Below are positions 32,900 through 46,700 of a DNA stretch of 64,000 nucleotides, one piece after another; position 1 is the first letter of the stretch; each line of letters starts with the position of its first letter. A program made the translations under genes and the position numbers. The notes beneath the pieces were generated by a model. That model did not search any database. It worked only from the letters and a program-made list of their open reading frames with translations, and was not told the DNA's origin. The stretch lies in NCBI RefSeq assembly GCF_052425735.1, contig NC_135758.1, forward strand, positions 36,084,001-36,148,000, read 5' to 3'. The stretch is from Oculina patagonica (taxonomy: Eukaryota).

Positions 32900-35800
32900 C
32901 TTCGAACAACTGGGGCCAGGTGGAATTTCTTGCACTTTAAGGACCAATAAATACACTGCCGCTAAGGGCAGGTTCGACCACGGAAGTTCAACTGGGTGTT
33001 TTGCAGCACCTGTTCATTGCTCTATATACATTCCCGTTCTATTTAGTAACCACAAACCCGTCTTCAAGTCGCCGATGGTCACGCATCTACGGATGGTCAC
33101 GCACATGGTCACGCCATTGTTTGGCTTGTCAAGCAACGCTCCTGCGTGACATACAACTATGTGCGTGACGATCCAACTAAAGGATACGAAGTCAGCGCTA
33201 AATTACACTCAGACAAGAACGTGGACAGTGCGTGACAAAACAATAAAGATCAAGGATATACCTTCAGCCTCCGTCACGTCGTCAAGAAGTTCTTCTGAGT
33301 CCTGATGCGCTTGTTGCACTTCTGAGAGATTTGCATTTGCTGCATCGAAGGACGAATTCACCAAAGCGGCGACTGGCGGCAAAGATGCGCTGCTGCTGTC
33401 GAAGATCTGTAAAAAGAAAAAACAACAAACTTTAATCACGATGAAAAGTCATGACATCGACAGATCGGCCGCGTTTTTGGAAAAGACAGTGACATCAATA
33501 AACAGTGTATCTCATTTGCCGTCGTGATTCGGCGATTAGAAATATTCAAGCGCAAAAAGACTTGGAGCTCTCTGAATTGATGTAATTTGTCCGAGGACAA
33601 CACAACCTCTTCGTCAACCGAAATAAAATTTCTTATCATCCACTCATTTATGTGAGTAAACGATGTACTGACTTCTAGAAATCAGCTGCGCTCATTTATA
33701 GCATTGCTGTGGAATACCGATTTCTGGAACCTCAAAGGGAAACAATAATTGGTTGAAGAAATCGGGACTTAGTAAAGCAGATCTAAGGAAAACGACATTT
33801 GGTTCGAGTTATCAGGAGATTCGAGAAATCCAGGGTTCGAGAAATCGGGATTCCACTGTACCAAAAAAGTTGCGTTGATTTTACGTACAAGAATGTGAGA
33901 ACGAGTCAATGCAACTCATATTCAAATTTGATTTTCACCGGTTGGCTCAAATGCGAGGTCTATTCCTTGGCCTCGCACATCCACTACATGAGCCAGATAT
34001 CAGGACCGTATATATGAGAGCTTGTTGAGATAGCGATGGTGAAAGTCTGGCACATAGAATATAGATCTAGTAAGAAACTCACCTCTTTCGCTTCCTCGGA
34101 GATATTAAACGCCATCTGAGCTGTGTGCGAGGCATTTTGCGCCTCGTTCTTGGCGGTATCAAAGCACTTCAGACCTTCATCCATGTTACCAAGGGTGCTG
34201 TTTATCTTCGTAAGTAAACTCTGTCCTGAGGAGTAAGACGCTGAGAAGCGATTTTCAACCTGACAGAAACGGAGAGAATCACTTCAGTTTTAAACCCTTG
34301 AATACAACAGAATGAACGTGGAGCGCAACTTACAATGCAAGTTTGATTACACGTGACGCGTCGGCCGACTAAAAGGAAACAATTGCCTTTACGTTTATCG
34401 CTCCCTAGTGACGATAAAATACAATGCACTGAAAGCCGCCACCGCTTTTATGTGTGACCGGCATAGGAACAAAAACGCTGTATAAAATGCGCATTTATCC
34501 ACCTCTTTTCCCGCTGAAGTTGTCGTTTGCGCGACCGTTCTCCGCAATTATTTTTTTGTCTTTTAAAAAACGTTTTGATCAAGAAATGACGTTCCTGCCT
34601 GTAAACTCAAAGGTTTAATTAGCCACTTTTGAATTCCTCAGACCTTAGCGATTCTTAACATTCCGAAACTTAAGCCTGGTTTTCACTAGCGACGCAAGCA
34701 CAAGCGCAAGGATAACAGCTCTTATTTCTCCGTGAAAAAGGCTTCGACTCAATCAAAAGCACAAGCGCATTGCATTTGGATGCTTGTGCTTGTGCTCGCC
34801 GCAAGCACAAGCACAAGGGTCAAAATCTGTCATTTTTGCGTGATCGCGCTTGTGCTTGCGTCGCTAGTGAAAACCAGGCTTTATTTGCTGATAAAAGCAA
34901 GACTTACTTTAAGTGACCGCTACTTTTGTGCGTTGCAACGTCAACATGCAAATTCCCTTCACAGTTTTTCTCATACTTGTCCTTGGGAGAATTTGCTTCA
35001 AGGCGATTTTTCTCGCGCACGGCGGATTACTCTTCGGCGGCCAAAGGCCGTCGCCACGAGCGGCGAAGCCGCAAGAAAAAACGCGCGGGTCATAATAGAG
35101 ACATGACCGATATTGGAAGCCGCGCAAGAAAGCACCCAGGGTACAGAACGTTACGATCGAGTGAAAAATCAGACCATGGAGTGGTAAGCAGAGTTCTGAT
35201 TCTACTTATGACTCCGTCGCTCATGTTCCAGTAGAAACTGTCGCAAGAAGAAAGGAATTACTCGGAGGGCGTGATAACTAGCATTGTGATTAGTTTGTTG
35301 TTCTGCTTCTACGATGAAGTCTAAGCGGAATCGAAAGAAAATGGAGACGTTCTTATTCTTCCGTCGAGCACGAAGCCAAAAACGAGACACAAAAGAAAAG
35401 TCCCGTTTTCGCTTCTCGCGCGGCCATAAGTGAGAAGAAACACTCCACCCCTTCCCCCTTGGGCTACAGAAACTGCAACGCGCGCTTTCAGTGTAAAGAA
35501 ACTGTCACATGTTTTCTTACCGTTTCAGTGATATTATTGATGTCAGCGATCATTTCATCAGTTTCTTGTTGTAGAGACTCTACTTCCTGTCTGACATGCT
35601 CAGATGAATTGATAGCTGTTTCAATGTCCACCACCTGATTAAGTGTTTCTTGTGCCACGTTTCTGAAAATAAAAGAAAGAAAACGACACTCATAAGGCAC
35701 TGAAGTTAAACAGTACTTACAGTTGAATCTCGATAGCTCGAACCTTTAAGGGGAATCGAAAACGTTCGAGTTGTCGGAAGTAAAATTAGTAAGATATGTC

Positions 35801-38800
35801 TGTGGGAGGGGATCGAAAAAGGTTCGAGTTAGCGGCAGGTTCTTTTTATCAAGGGTTCGAGTTATCGGGATTCAACTCTAAAAATCTTCGAAACGAAGCG
35901 CTACATGCACGGCCGACAAAGCAGCCGGGGACTTTCGGCTGTTGTTTTCGGCAGCGTGAAAAAAGTGGTGAAAAATACACCGATACAAAAAGATGATTTT
36001 CTCTTGACTAAAAAACGTTTAATATAACAAAAACACCAACTACCCCAACGCCTTTCGTTTACGCGAGGGTTTTTTATGTCGAAATTTCGCTAGTCTTAAA
36101 AAATTTGGCTACACACAGCAAATGGCTCGGGGTATCTGACACGTGGAAACACATTGTGCAACCATTGTTTGTGAGTCATTGCTTTTTGGTGGAGTATAGC
36201 CTGCGTGGCCGGCGTTCAAAGGGGAAGGAGAAGAAGTATTGTATTTCATATTGTGTTTTTGTTGTTTTACATCATAATTTGTGTCCGGTACACGTACGAG
36301 AAGCCCAACAAATCACAAGTTAGCAAGTTAGAACTTACATGGCCCTCTGCGAGAGTTCTTCCACCTCCCTGGCTTGTTTGAGACCCTCTTGAGCTGCATC
36401 TAATGTTTGGTTCACCATTTCTTGGCTGACGTTCGTGTTTAGGATCTCATCCGTCAAGTTCTGTATCTGCTGCAGACTCACGGGCATGTTCATAGCGCGG
36501 ACTTCATCTGCAATGTTGGTCGCTTCGTTCGTCATGTTATTGACCCTGGCTATTGTGTTTATTCCCATTGTTACGTTACTGATGGCGTCTTGCGTTTGTT
36601 TGAGCACCTTAGTTGCATTTTCCTGTAAATTCATATGTGCAAAAAGTTTGTTACTAGGTTCTTAATGAAGTGTTTGTGTGTGACTGGAACCACACTTCAC
36701 AATGTTCCCTTCTAGGAAGTGTTCCCTAACTAGAGGTCGTAGACTTGCCTACAAGTCGAGCTCACAGAGCGCGAAGTGCGAGAGCCGGGTTCTACTACCA
36801 AACCGGAAACGAGAAGCGAACGACTTTGAGCAATAGAAGTGCTTTTAGAAAGTCTATAGTACAATTAACAGAGAAAGTGTTCATGTGTGACCGGGAAGAC
36901 CTTTCTGTGTTTCTTTATAGAAGATGCCATTATCTGGCGGTTAGAAAAGTAGTGTTTCTATGTGGCTGGGATCACGAATCCGTGGCACATCATGGCAAAT
37001 GCTCAAAGTAAAGGTTGAACTGATCACGAAGAAGTAATGAAATCAGACTGTCCCAAGGAAATAAACTCACTTTTTGCCAGGAGCCCTCCTGTTGTAAAAC
37101 TTTTTAGACATTAAAAAATGTCACGCCATGCGGACGTGGCAACTTTCGGATTGCTGCCGACTGTTTGTGCTACTTTCTGATTGGATACTGAATAAAATCG
37201 GAAACTCTTCGGATATACGAAAATTTGCTACGAACAGTAGCCGGACTCACCTTAAACTCCATGGCTGTATCTAAGGCGTTTTCTGCCTCGCTGTTAGCCT
37301 GCATAGCATCCGAGAGAGCGTTTGAAGCATTATGCCGCGCAATCTGTGCTTCTCGTCTCCGCTGACCCGCCATGTTCTTGGCTCGAGTTGCTGTATCCGT
37401 GGCCATCGTCAAATTACCGTTTGCCTGTTCCCCGTAGAGTACAGCCTGCCTCACAAGCTCCTGTAACAGCTCGTTGATTCTTTTAATTTCCTCTAGCTTC
37501 AAGGAATTGTTACGATGTAAACTCTGAAAGCTGTCCCCAAGGCTGGACTCGACTGTTTCTCTTACTAATGAAACCAGCGCTAGTTTTTCCAAAGACTCAC
37601 TGATTTGCGTGGCTGCACGGTAAGCTGTAGAGTTCGCCAGCTGAATCTGTGTAGCAGACAAACAAGCACTTGTCAATCGTACAGTATTAAAGTTAGTACC
37701 ATCGATTTTTGAATGGATTTGAAAAGATAAAAGCATATCTAAGGGCCTCACAGGGGGTCCATGTTCCCTTCTTTCCCCTAAAAAAATTCCCTTGTGTAAA
37801 GTACTCTGTCGATTTTTATGATCCCTGTTCCCTAAAATATCAGAAAGTCGGCTTTTGTTCCCGTATTTCCAGCTTTATTTTCCTTTTGTTCCCTTGCTCC
37901 CAATTATTTTATGGCCATGTTGTTCCCGGTCTACAATATGTGACAGGGAACAGTAACGTAAGGTTTAACTTCACAGAACAGTTCTCAACATCGAAGAGGC
38001 ACATGTTACTAACTAGGGAGCGACGACGATTTACAATGGTGGGGATCATGAATGGAAATGGGTTACAATATAGACAAACTAGTGAACTGCGTGTCCTATG
38101 TTTTCTGATTGAATCAATTTCCGAGCGTCAATTTAGGCAACACTTTTAAAACTTGACCGCACTACATTGTATACCCCTACCCTGCCCCACTCCAATTTTT
38201 GCAAACACGCCACATTGCAGTCGTGCCTTCCTTTCATTCGTTCTCAAATGGAACAGCTTTTTAAAATGTATACTTCACTCACCATGCTGTAGCTACTTTG
38301 AATGCTACTATAGTTCCCATGTCCTGATTCATTGGCTTGCAGAGCTCTCCGACGGTAACTCATTGCCATGGCTTCAATGCATTGCCAGTCCACGATCACA
38401 CTGACCCCTCCCCCGCTGGGGCACACCACAGGGAATGATGGGTACATCGAAGGGATAGCCGGAGTGATTCGAACGCTCCCGTTGAAGTTGATCACGTGTT
38501 CTGAGAGGTAGGCCTGGGCGTCTTCGATCAAACTTTGAGAATCATTCAGCTGGAGCTGGAGTGAGTTTATGGAGCTTTGAATCTGCAAGATTCACATTGA
38601 TTTATCAGTGTCAAAAAAGATGGTGTATTTTCAGCTTTAGTTCTTAAACTCATTAATCATCCGTCAAGTTAAAGAAAGGAAATCACGTAACCGTAAAGGA
38701 GGTTTGGATAGCGGTCTTAGTTGACATAGATTTTTATGATTTTATATCTCCGTTTTCTCCGTAGTTTTTGTTTCGATTGAGAAGATATATCAAACACTCG

Positions 38801-41569
38801 AGACAATGTTTCATCGGCTATCCAAACACCTCGAATTTCGTCAAAAATACTCCGCTGCGAATCGTATTTTCAACTCTCTTCTCGGTGTTTGGATACCCAA
38901 TGAAACACTGTCGCTCGTGTTTGATATATTACTTCAAAAGTGTTGAAGCCGTTTGAGAATGACAAAGCTTGTAACATGTTTATCACCTTCACAAAACAAC
39001 CTACGAGGACCTAAGGTTGTTCGCTCAGTGCTCTTTGGTAGGACACCTCGCGTGTTTGAAGCTACAAAGTTCACCACTATTGCACAACTCTACAAAAACC
39101 AAGAACGTCATTGCTGTGGGGATAACTTGCATTGATGCGCAACTTTAGGTAACTTGACGCGGGTAAGTTCAAAATACGGCAACGTTAGAAAATGGTAGTT
39201 ACATTTATACCAATCAAGACATAATCGCGACTCTTCGTAAACTCGTCATCTTTCGGGAAATAAAATAACAGGGTTATTCAAGTTTGTTTCAAAAGTTGTT
39301 ATGTGCAAGAAGCCATCTTGCGACAACGTAACAAAACGTTCCCAGATTGCCTAGCACGCTAAAATTGTGCCCAGTCTTTCGAAGTTTCGGAAGTATGGTA
39401 CGTTTGAAACTCCGAGCCTGGAGGAAAAGAAGCAAATACTTGAACATTGAAACAGGGCGAAAACTTAAACAAAATGGTCTATTATTTACCCTGTTGATTT
39501 GCTGTTGCTTCCTCTGCAAATTCTCTCTTCCACCGCTACTGAATATCTCTTCTGCATAGGACACATTCTTTTTCAACATCTGAAGTGTACTGTTGATACT
39601 GTCCACAGACATGCTGCCGAATGACTCCAGCAGTTCAGTTACATTACCGTTCAACTCGTCCACTTTATTCGTCTCTCTGGTGATGATAATATCCCAGTTC
39701 AAGAAACAGTCTTCCGTGCACGGGTGGCACATGGGTGGACTCCCTGGAAAATAAGAAAAATTCAACTTTTTCAGCTCTGCAGTCATGATATAATATTGCA
39801 ATAGAAGTGGGATTAAACGTGAATTAAAACGTGAATTAAAACAGCTATTAAGACAGTCTACTCTCGATGATCAGTTAAACGATGCTACAAAACGTATTTT
39901 GCCGGGGGGATGTTATCTTTTGTCGTTAATTTTGTGTTGTAAACTTAAAATTAACAATGGCATTCATGTACTGAATGTAGTCTTAGCTACATAATAAAGA
40001 TTATTTTCTAGCACTGAAGAACACGTTTTTAATATAAATAGCTGATACAAGTATGTATCAGGCTGGAATTTGAAAGCATGCTGTGCTCGCTGCAATTCAT
40101 TCATCTTGTTCGTTTGAATGCGGGAATTAAAATTTGGTACGCAGGTTAATCCAGTTTTTTTTTTTAACATTTATACTGTTTGATAAGAGCAGTTTTCATT
40201 TGAGTGCCAGTTGTGAAAGCGAATTTAAAGCAATCCCAAGAGCACGTACTAGGTGCTTAAAGCGCGGGAAAACGGCGCATGTGACCAAGTCGTGATTGGT
40301 TTTGGCTTTGCGTCTGATTGGCTGAGGAAAGCGCGAATCGTATGGGCAAATCATAGAGGGTACTTAAGCAAAACAAAACCAGTTCCTAATTACTTCTCGA
40401 CACTCGATTGAAAAGCACCCTAGTAACAAAGCCCAGTAAGTTTTGATACTCACCCACAGTGCGCCTGGCGCATGTGTCACACTGCCTGCCTCCGTATCGT
40501 CCTCCTGCTAAGCTTACACTGCACTCGCACTGACCGCTTTCAGCATTACAAGTGGTGTTGGCAACAGTTTGGTTTGCTACGCAATTACATTCTATAAAAG
40601 AAAGGGTGAACCCAGCAATTAATAAAACGTGGAACGACTGAAACGCATACAGTAAACTCTGAATAAAAACAGGAATGCATCTCCCACCATGCACAGTCAC
40701 TATTCCTATTCGATCCAATTTTCGGCCAGAAATGGATGCTGTGATGTAGTCAATATTCTACAGCTTCACACTTGTTGCGATTAACACTCCAGGGGTTATA
40801 AATTGCGTTCGACGAAGGAGATGGCATACTTATCGCGTCGTTTTTCCGAAAATCACTCGGGGGTGAGGGGCACTTGACAGTTGACATAATCTCGGGTAGG
40901 GAGGTGCGGCCCGGCCTCCTCTACCCTGACGTTGTTTAAGACACGATCCTCTGATTTTCTTACCCTGTTTAAGACAGAATGTCAATTTTTGATACCCCGT
41001 CTAAGACATAAACAAGTACCGCACTGGCTTTGTTGTAATCGTGAATTAAGCTTTAGAAGTATTAATGCCGAAATCAACGTTAGTTAGCAATAGCCTATCC
41101 TGTTTGACATTGTTCCATGTTAAGATTCCCCGTTTAAGACAAAAAGTGGTGAAATATATATACCCCGTTCAAGACAAAAAAATCTGAAAACCATACCCTA
41201 TCGGGCCGCACGTCCCCATTAAGCCCTTACAAGGGAGTACCCCCTCCCCTCGGGAAATCTCATTACTGTTAAGGAAAAGTAAACGTGTTAGTCATACCTG
41301 AACAATTACGTTTCACATCAAAGAAGCCTGCATTGCACATGTCACACTTTCGACCAATCACGTTTGGTTTACAGCTGCAGTTACCGTGCATCTGGGTAGA
41401 CAAAGGGTAAAAAATACTAACATTAAACATCACATTTATCTTTTTAATTTCTGTATGGCGGAAGAGCCCCCAAGGGGGAGCTATGCAATAAAGTATTATG
41501 CATGCAATAAAGTATGTATCTTCTTATTTTTTGAAGTCACTAATAATAATAATAATAATAATAATAATG

Positions 41570-41632
<63 letters not shown>

Positions 41633-43728
41633 TATTCAAAAAACACACAAATGGTATCACACAAGTGGTATCTGAAAAGGCGGACCATGAGGTCATCCCT
41701 ATTTAGGTCCCCTAAAAAACTATAAAAAACTATTACATAAATAATTAACAATCTAAAAGTTAAAATCTAAAATATCTATAATATCTGGTACTGTGGCATA
41801 CAATTAATGAATGTTCATCCACTTTTTAAGGTTTGATTTAAAAATATTTACATTAATGTCGTGTCCGAACAAATAGTTTGGCAAATTGTTCCATTCCTTA
41901 ATAATTCTAACAAAGAAGGAATACTTGAATGCGTTAATTCTTGCTGATTTCGTTTGGATCTTAAACAGTGCTTTTACTTCTACAACACTCGAAATAATCG
42001 TTAAAGTCAAGACCATTTAATCCGAACACTGTTTTATAACATTCTACTAAGGACAGGTACTCTCGTCGATGCTGAAGTGAGTTCCAGTTTAGTAGTTTGC
42101 GTCGTTCTTCGTATGGCATCTCGCGGGGCTTTTGCCCAAGAGCAATTCTTGATGCTCTTCGTTGTACTTTTTCAACTAAGATTACCAGATCACTGAAAAA
42201 GGTAATGCTCCTCTTGGAGCGATGGGCGTAACTAAGTATTAAGAAAGTAAATAACTAAAAAAAGTCAACATCCGGGTGGAAAACCTCATACAATATTTGA
42301 GGATCTTTCAAGATCTTCAAAGACCCGCCAAAGATTCTCATCTTGTAAGGCTCTTTCCAGGATCCTTAAAAAATCGTTGAAGATCTTTGCAGGGACCTCG
42401 GGATCTTTGCGAGATTAAACAAGATCATTGAAGAACTTTACGATTATTGGTGAGTACTCTCATTCAGATCCTACAAAGATCCTTTGCAGATCCTCAAAGA
42501 TAATGTGAGGTTTACCCACTAGGGACAAATTGGTTATTATTTATATATATTTCAAAAGTGAATGCAAGTCATTACATGTAGTACTGAGAAATGATGTTTA
42601 TTCTAGTAGAGATAGCCAACGGATGTTTATTTTTACAATTTCGTTCAAAATAAAACTACGAATTCAGGGCTCGAGACTAAAGGTAGCCAACTAACCACAG
42701 GCTAGTAGAAATTGAGTTTTGGCTGGTATGTTCTGGGCTTTCACTAGCCAAAATGGCTAGTGAAAATTTCAGGAAGTTGATTGGAAGAAAACCATACATC
42801 GAAATCAACTGCGAGAGAACAGAACTCACAAGTACACTGTCGTCACGTATGAAATTTATCAAAGACTGTGGACAAGCTGAAATTACCAAAAAGCCACCTA
42901 AAATTAACCCTAAACATAATGTTAACAGGGCCATTGAAGACGGCATAGTGCTTCTGCCCAAACCTAAGTAAGCTTGAGAATTCTGGCTAGTAGAAAATTG
43001 GTTTTGGCTAGTGAAATCAAAGCTGTTGCAGTAAAGTTAGTCTCCAGCCCTGTACGATGTGCCCGGTTTAGAGGAGAGCACGTACAACTGACTTACCAAG
43101 TCACACTGCAGATCAGCTGAGCCATCACTATCACAGTTACACGGCATGCATCCAGACTCAGTGTAATTGAAGGCGTTTTGTTCACACCTGTCACACAACT
43201 TGCCCGTGACATGCGGCTGACAGTAACACGAACCAGTCACGTTGTTACACACGTTACTAATGGCGCCAACAGACGAACAGTTGCAACCTGGAAATAGGTG
43301 GAAATCCATGCTATTAGGCGAGATAAAATAACTTGAAAAAACATCTTTCTTAGCGGCGTAACGAAAATAAAACGCGAGTCTAGTCAACGTCTTTCTCCAA
43401 CTTAGAAAGGTGTCTGGTCGCTATTTAACAAGAATTCAGCTTGATTTCTTTCGAAAGAGACAGTTGTTTTTGAATTTGTTTGGTGTAATAGATCAAACAT
43501 GAGTGGCAATGTTTCATCGGGATATCCAAACACTGAGTTGAGAGTTGAAAATACAACGCGCAGCGGAGTATTTTTGACAAAATTCGAGGTGTTCTTGAAT
43601 AGCCGATAAAACACTGTCTCGAGTGTTTGATATATCTTCTCAATCGAAACAACTAACAAGTAAACGGAGAAAAAAAATCATAAAAATCTATGCTAAATAA
43701 GACCAGGTTTTACAAACCTTCTTCACGG

Positions 43729-43762
<34 letters not shown>

Positions 43763-46700
43763 GAGTTTGAGAAGGTTTAAAGAAATGACAACACTTCTTC
43801 AAATGCAGCGAGATAGTCATTTTACTTACGCGTGCAAGTTTTACTCAAGGCATTTCCATGGAATTCAGGTGCACACCACTGGCAGTTAAACCCAGTGGTG
43901 TTATAAAGACACTTGAGGCACTGGCCAGTAGTGGTGTTACAGTTACCACTTGATCCAAGGTCTATGTTATCGCTACAGTCACACTTGCTACACTGGCCAT
44001 CTCGTTCCTGTAAAGAAATCGATATTTTGTTGGAGAAGATCACAGCGGTACGTTCGAAATATATTGTATTACCAAAAAAGGGCAGAAAACCATACCAAAA
44101 CCAATAGCGTAGTGTCCCCCGCAACCGTTGTTTGAGTCGTCACGCAACGCTTCAGGGAACGTCGTGTGACAAAACCAAACAACGGTTGCGAAGCAGACTA
44201 CCAATTGTGTGACCCGCAAATGGCGCCAATCAGAATGATTGAGGTACATACATGCGAGCCGTGGTAAGCACGGGAATAACCACGCAAATCAAATCTCAAA
44301 TGTTTCTGTGTTTACTAAGGGAGCGAAATAACAGCAAATTGGCAAAGGAAACGATGCCCTCAGTGACTGGTCACAGTACGTTGTGCTAACGTTTGAGGCA
44401 ATACAGTGACCTGGTTCGAAAAACGGAAAACTTAGATGCAATCACGGCGATAACTTTATTGGTAAGTTGGTTCTAGTTAGCCCTCTTTGACGATATAATG
44501 TGCTGCGAATCCTGCAAATCCCACTTACACCGTTGTTCAAAAAAATAAAATTACAACAAAAAGAAACGTAATTCAGAAGCAATAAAAAGGTCATCTTGTA
44601 AACTGATCACTAAAAAGAACTTCAAACAAGACGCCAACTCATTCATCACAGCTGACTTGAGAGACTATGTTTATTTAATGTTCTAGGACTCACCCTTGGC
44701 CGCCCAAAGTAACCATCCATGCATCTTTCACAGTATCGTCCCTCGTGACCAGCAGAGCAGTTAACACAGGTTGGCAGACCATCACTTGAAAGCTCGCAGG
44801 TTCTGGCAAACTGATTGACAGCATGTGGTCCCCCAGGACACGGACATGGGCTGCAGTCCTCAGGCGTGGCATTAGTAGCATTGCCAAACCAACCATCAGA
44901 GCACTTTTCACAATGGTCACCTGACAAAAAATAACAATGAAGCGGTCACCGAATGAAGAAGCAATATACACATATCACTGTAAGGTAAGAGGAAGCAAGT
45001 GTTTTTTAAATAGAAAGGTTTGTGGTGCCCAAAATGTACTCAGGGTGGGTGGGGGTGAGGTCAAAAATGGCTGAAAGACTTATAACAGTTCAGGGTGCTT
45101 TTACACACTTGCGTCCAATCTCAACCTTGATGTGAGTTGTAAGGCGCATTTGAACATATACATTGAGAATTAACTCATCAGCTCTGCTGAAGCTCCTCAT
45201 GGTTGCCACAGACATCAGTTAAGTTTTCAAAATTCCGTAATCATTATGGTGTCAAATCAATTTCCCCTGACTTTTTGTCATGATGACAATTTTCCCTGAC
45301 TCAAAAAAGTTCCCTGACTTTTCCCTGACCTTGAAAAATTATTTTGTTGCCTGACCATTTCCTGGCCTGTGGCAGCCCTGCTCCTGTACCAAGACTAAGC
45401 TTCAAATGCCAATCTCTTTATAGAAGACAATGACCAGATAAATGCAAAAACATAAACCTCGTCTGATGCTTTGTTTAAATTTAATAGCTAGCACAACGAT
45501 TGTGACGGCAACATTGTGCAGCGCTAAGACTGCTAAGGCTCGATTCCTAACTTGGCCAAGGTCAGTTTTAAATCCTTACCTGTAGTGTTGTGTTGACAAT
45601 CCATACACACTCCCGTCTCAGGGTCACACATGTCTGAGTGTCCATTACACTCACATGGCACACATGTGACATACGGTCCTCCATTTGGCATGACACGCGT
45701 GTATCCACTGGCGCACTGTTCACAGAACTGACCTTTGTACTCTGGTGGGCATGAACAGGTCTCGACATTTGTAGCATTTTCTGCTCCTGTAACTCTTTTC
45801 CTGCAAGTTAAATCGTAGTAGTTGAGTATAACGTTATTAGCCCTTGTTCTTCCAGGACCGAATCTGAGGAGCAGGGGTGGCGCTGGGGGGGCGCCCTTCC
45901 CCTGGGCCGGGCCCCCCGCTTTGTTTTCGCCCCCCCCCCAAAATGGCAAAGTTTTTTTTTTTTTTTTGAGTCAATTATATTTGGTTCTAACTTGAAGATA
46001 AAGCTGAAGGAAAGAACTCTTGTACGTCCATGTGGTACTGTTTTTACAACATGAAACGTTTAATTTTTTATGTTTATCGGGACTGTTTGCATTCTGTTTA
46101 ACCTTTTTTCAATCTTAACAATTTTTGTTCCTTGTCTATTGACCTTAGTTACTCTGTAGCAAACAATTATAACTTTAAGGTTTCTGTTTACTTGAAGGCA
46201 AATTGGCACACTGTAAAATGCAATTCAAGGCAGTATTTTTTTTCAACGCAGTGCCATATTTTTCAGGTAAGCTGAGACACATGTATAAACACAGTCAAAT
46301 GGCTTAGACGATTCAAAAGGTGTACAGAAGGAGGAGGGCAGGGTTTTCATTAAGAATTGTAGTAGCAGGAGAATAGTGTTATTGAACCGGAGAATGATTT
46401 CCAAAGGTTCCACATCTTAATAAGAAATAGGTACAGGCCTTTGAAATTTAGTGGGAGAATTCTCCGATCTCCGATGCCTAATGAACACCCTGGGAAGGTT
46501 CAATTCTGTTGAGAAACATTTGAAATACATTTTTTCTGAGTACACAGTTCTAAAAACAATGTATGCCAAAGTCACTGACTATAAATGTCCTTTTTGCTTT
46601 TTTCTGGATAATGTAGCTATAAGAATTTATCATGAATACACACCTGGTGCTCACAGTCAAAGCAATGTCAGCCAACCGGCTGAATAGTTCACTTGTTAGA

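Noticed and set aside
41386-41725. Poly-N, poly-I and poly-L ORFs
   Set aside because: Translations of the (AAT)n LINE tail.
38678-43770. Inverted repeat pair around four laminin exons as a circRNA or skipping driver
   Set aside because: The copies are more diverged and the enclosed 677 nt is out of frame, so support is weak.
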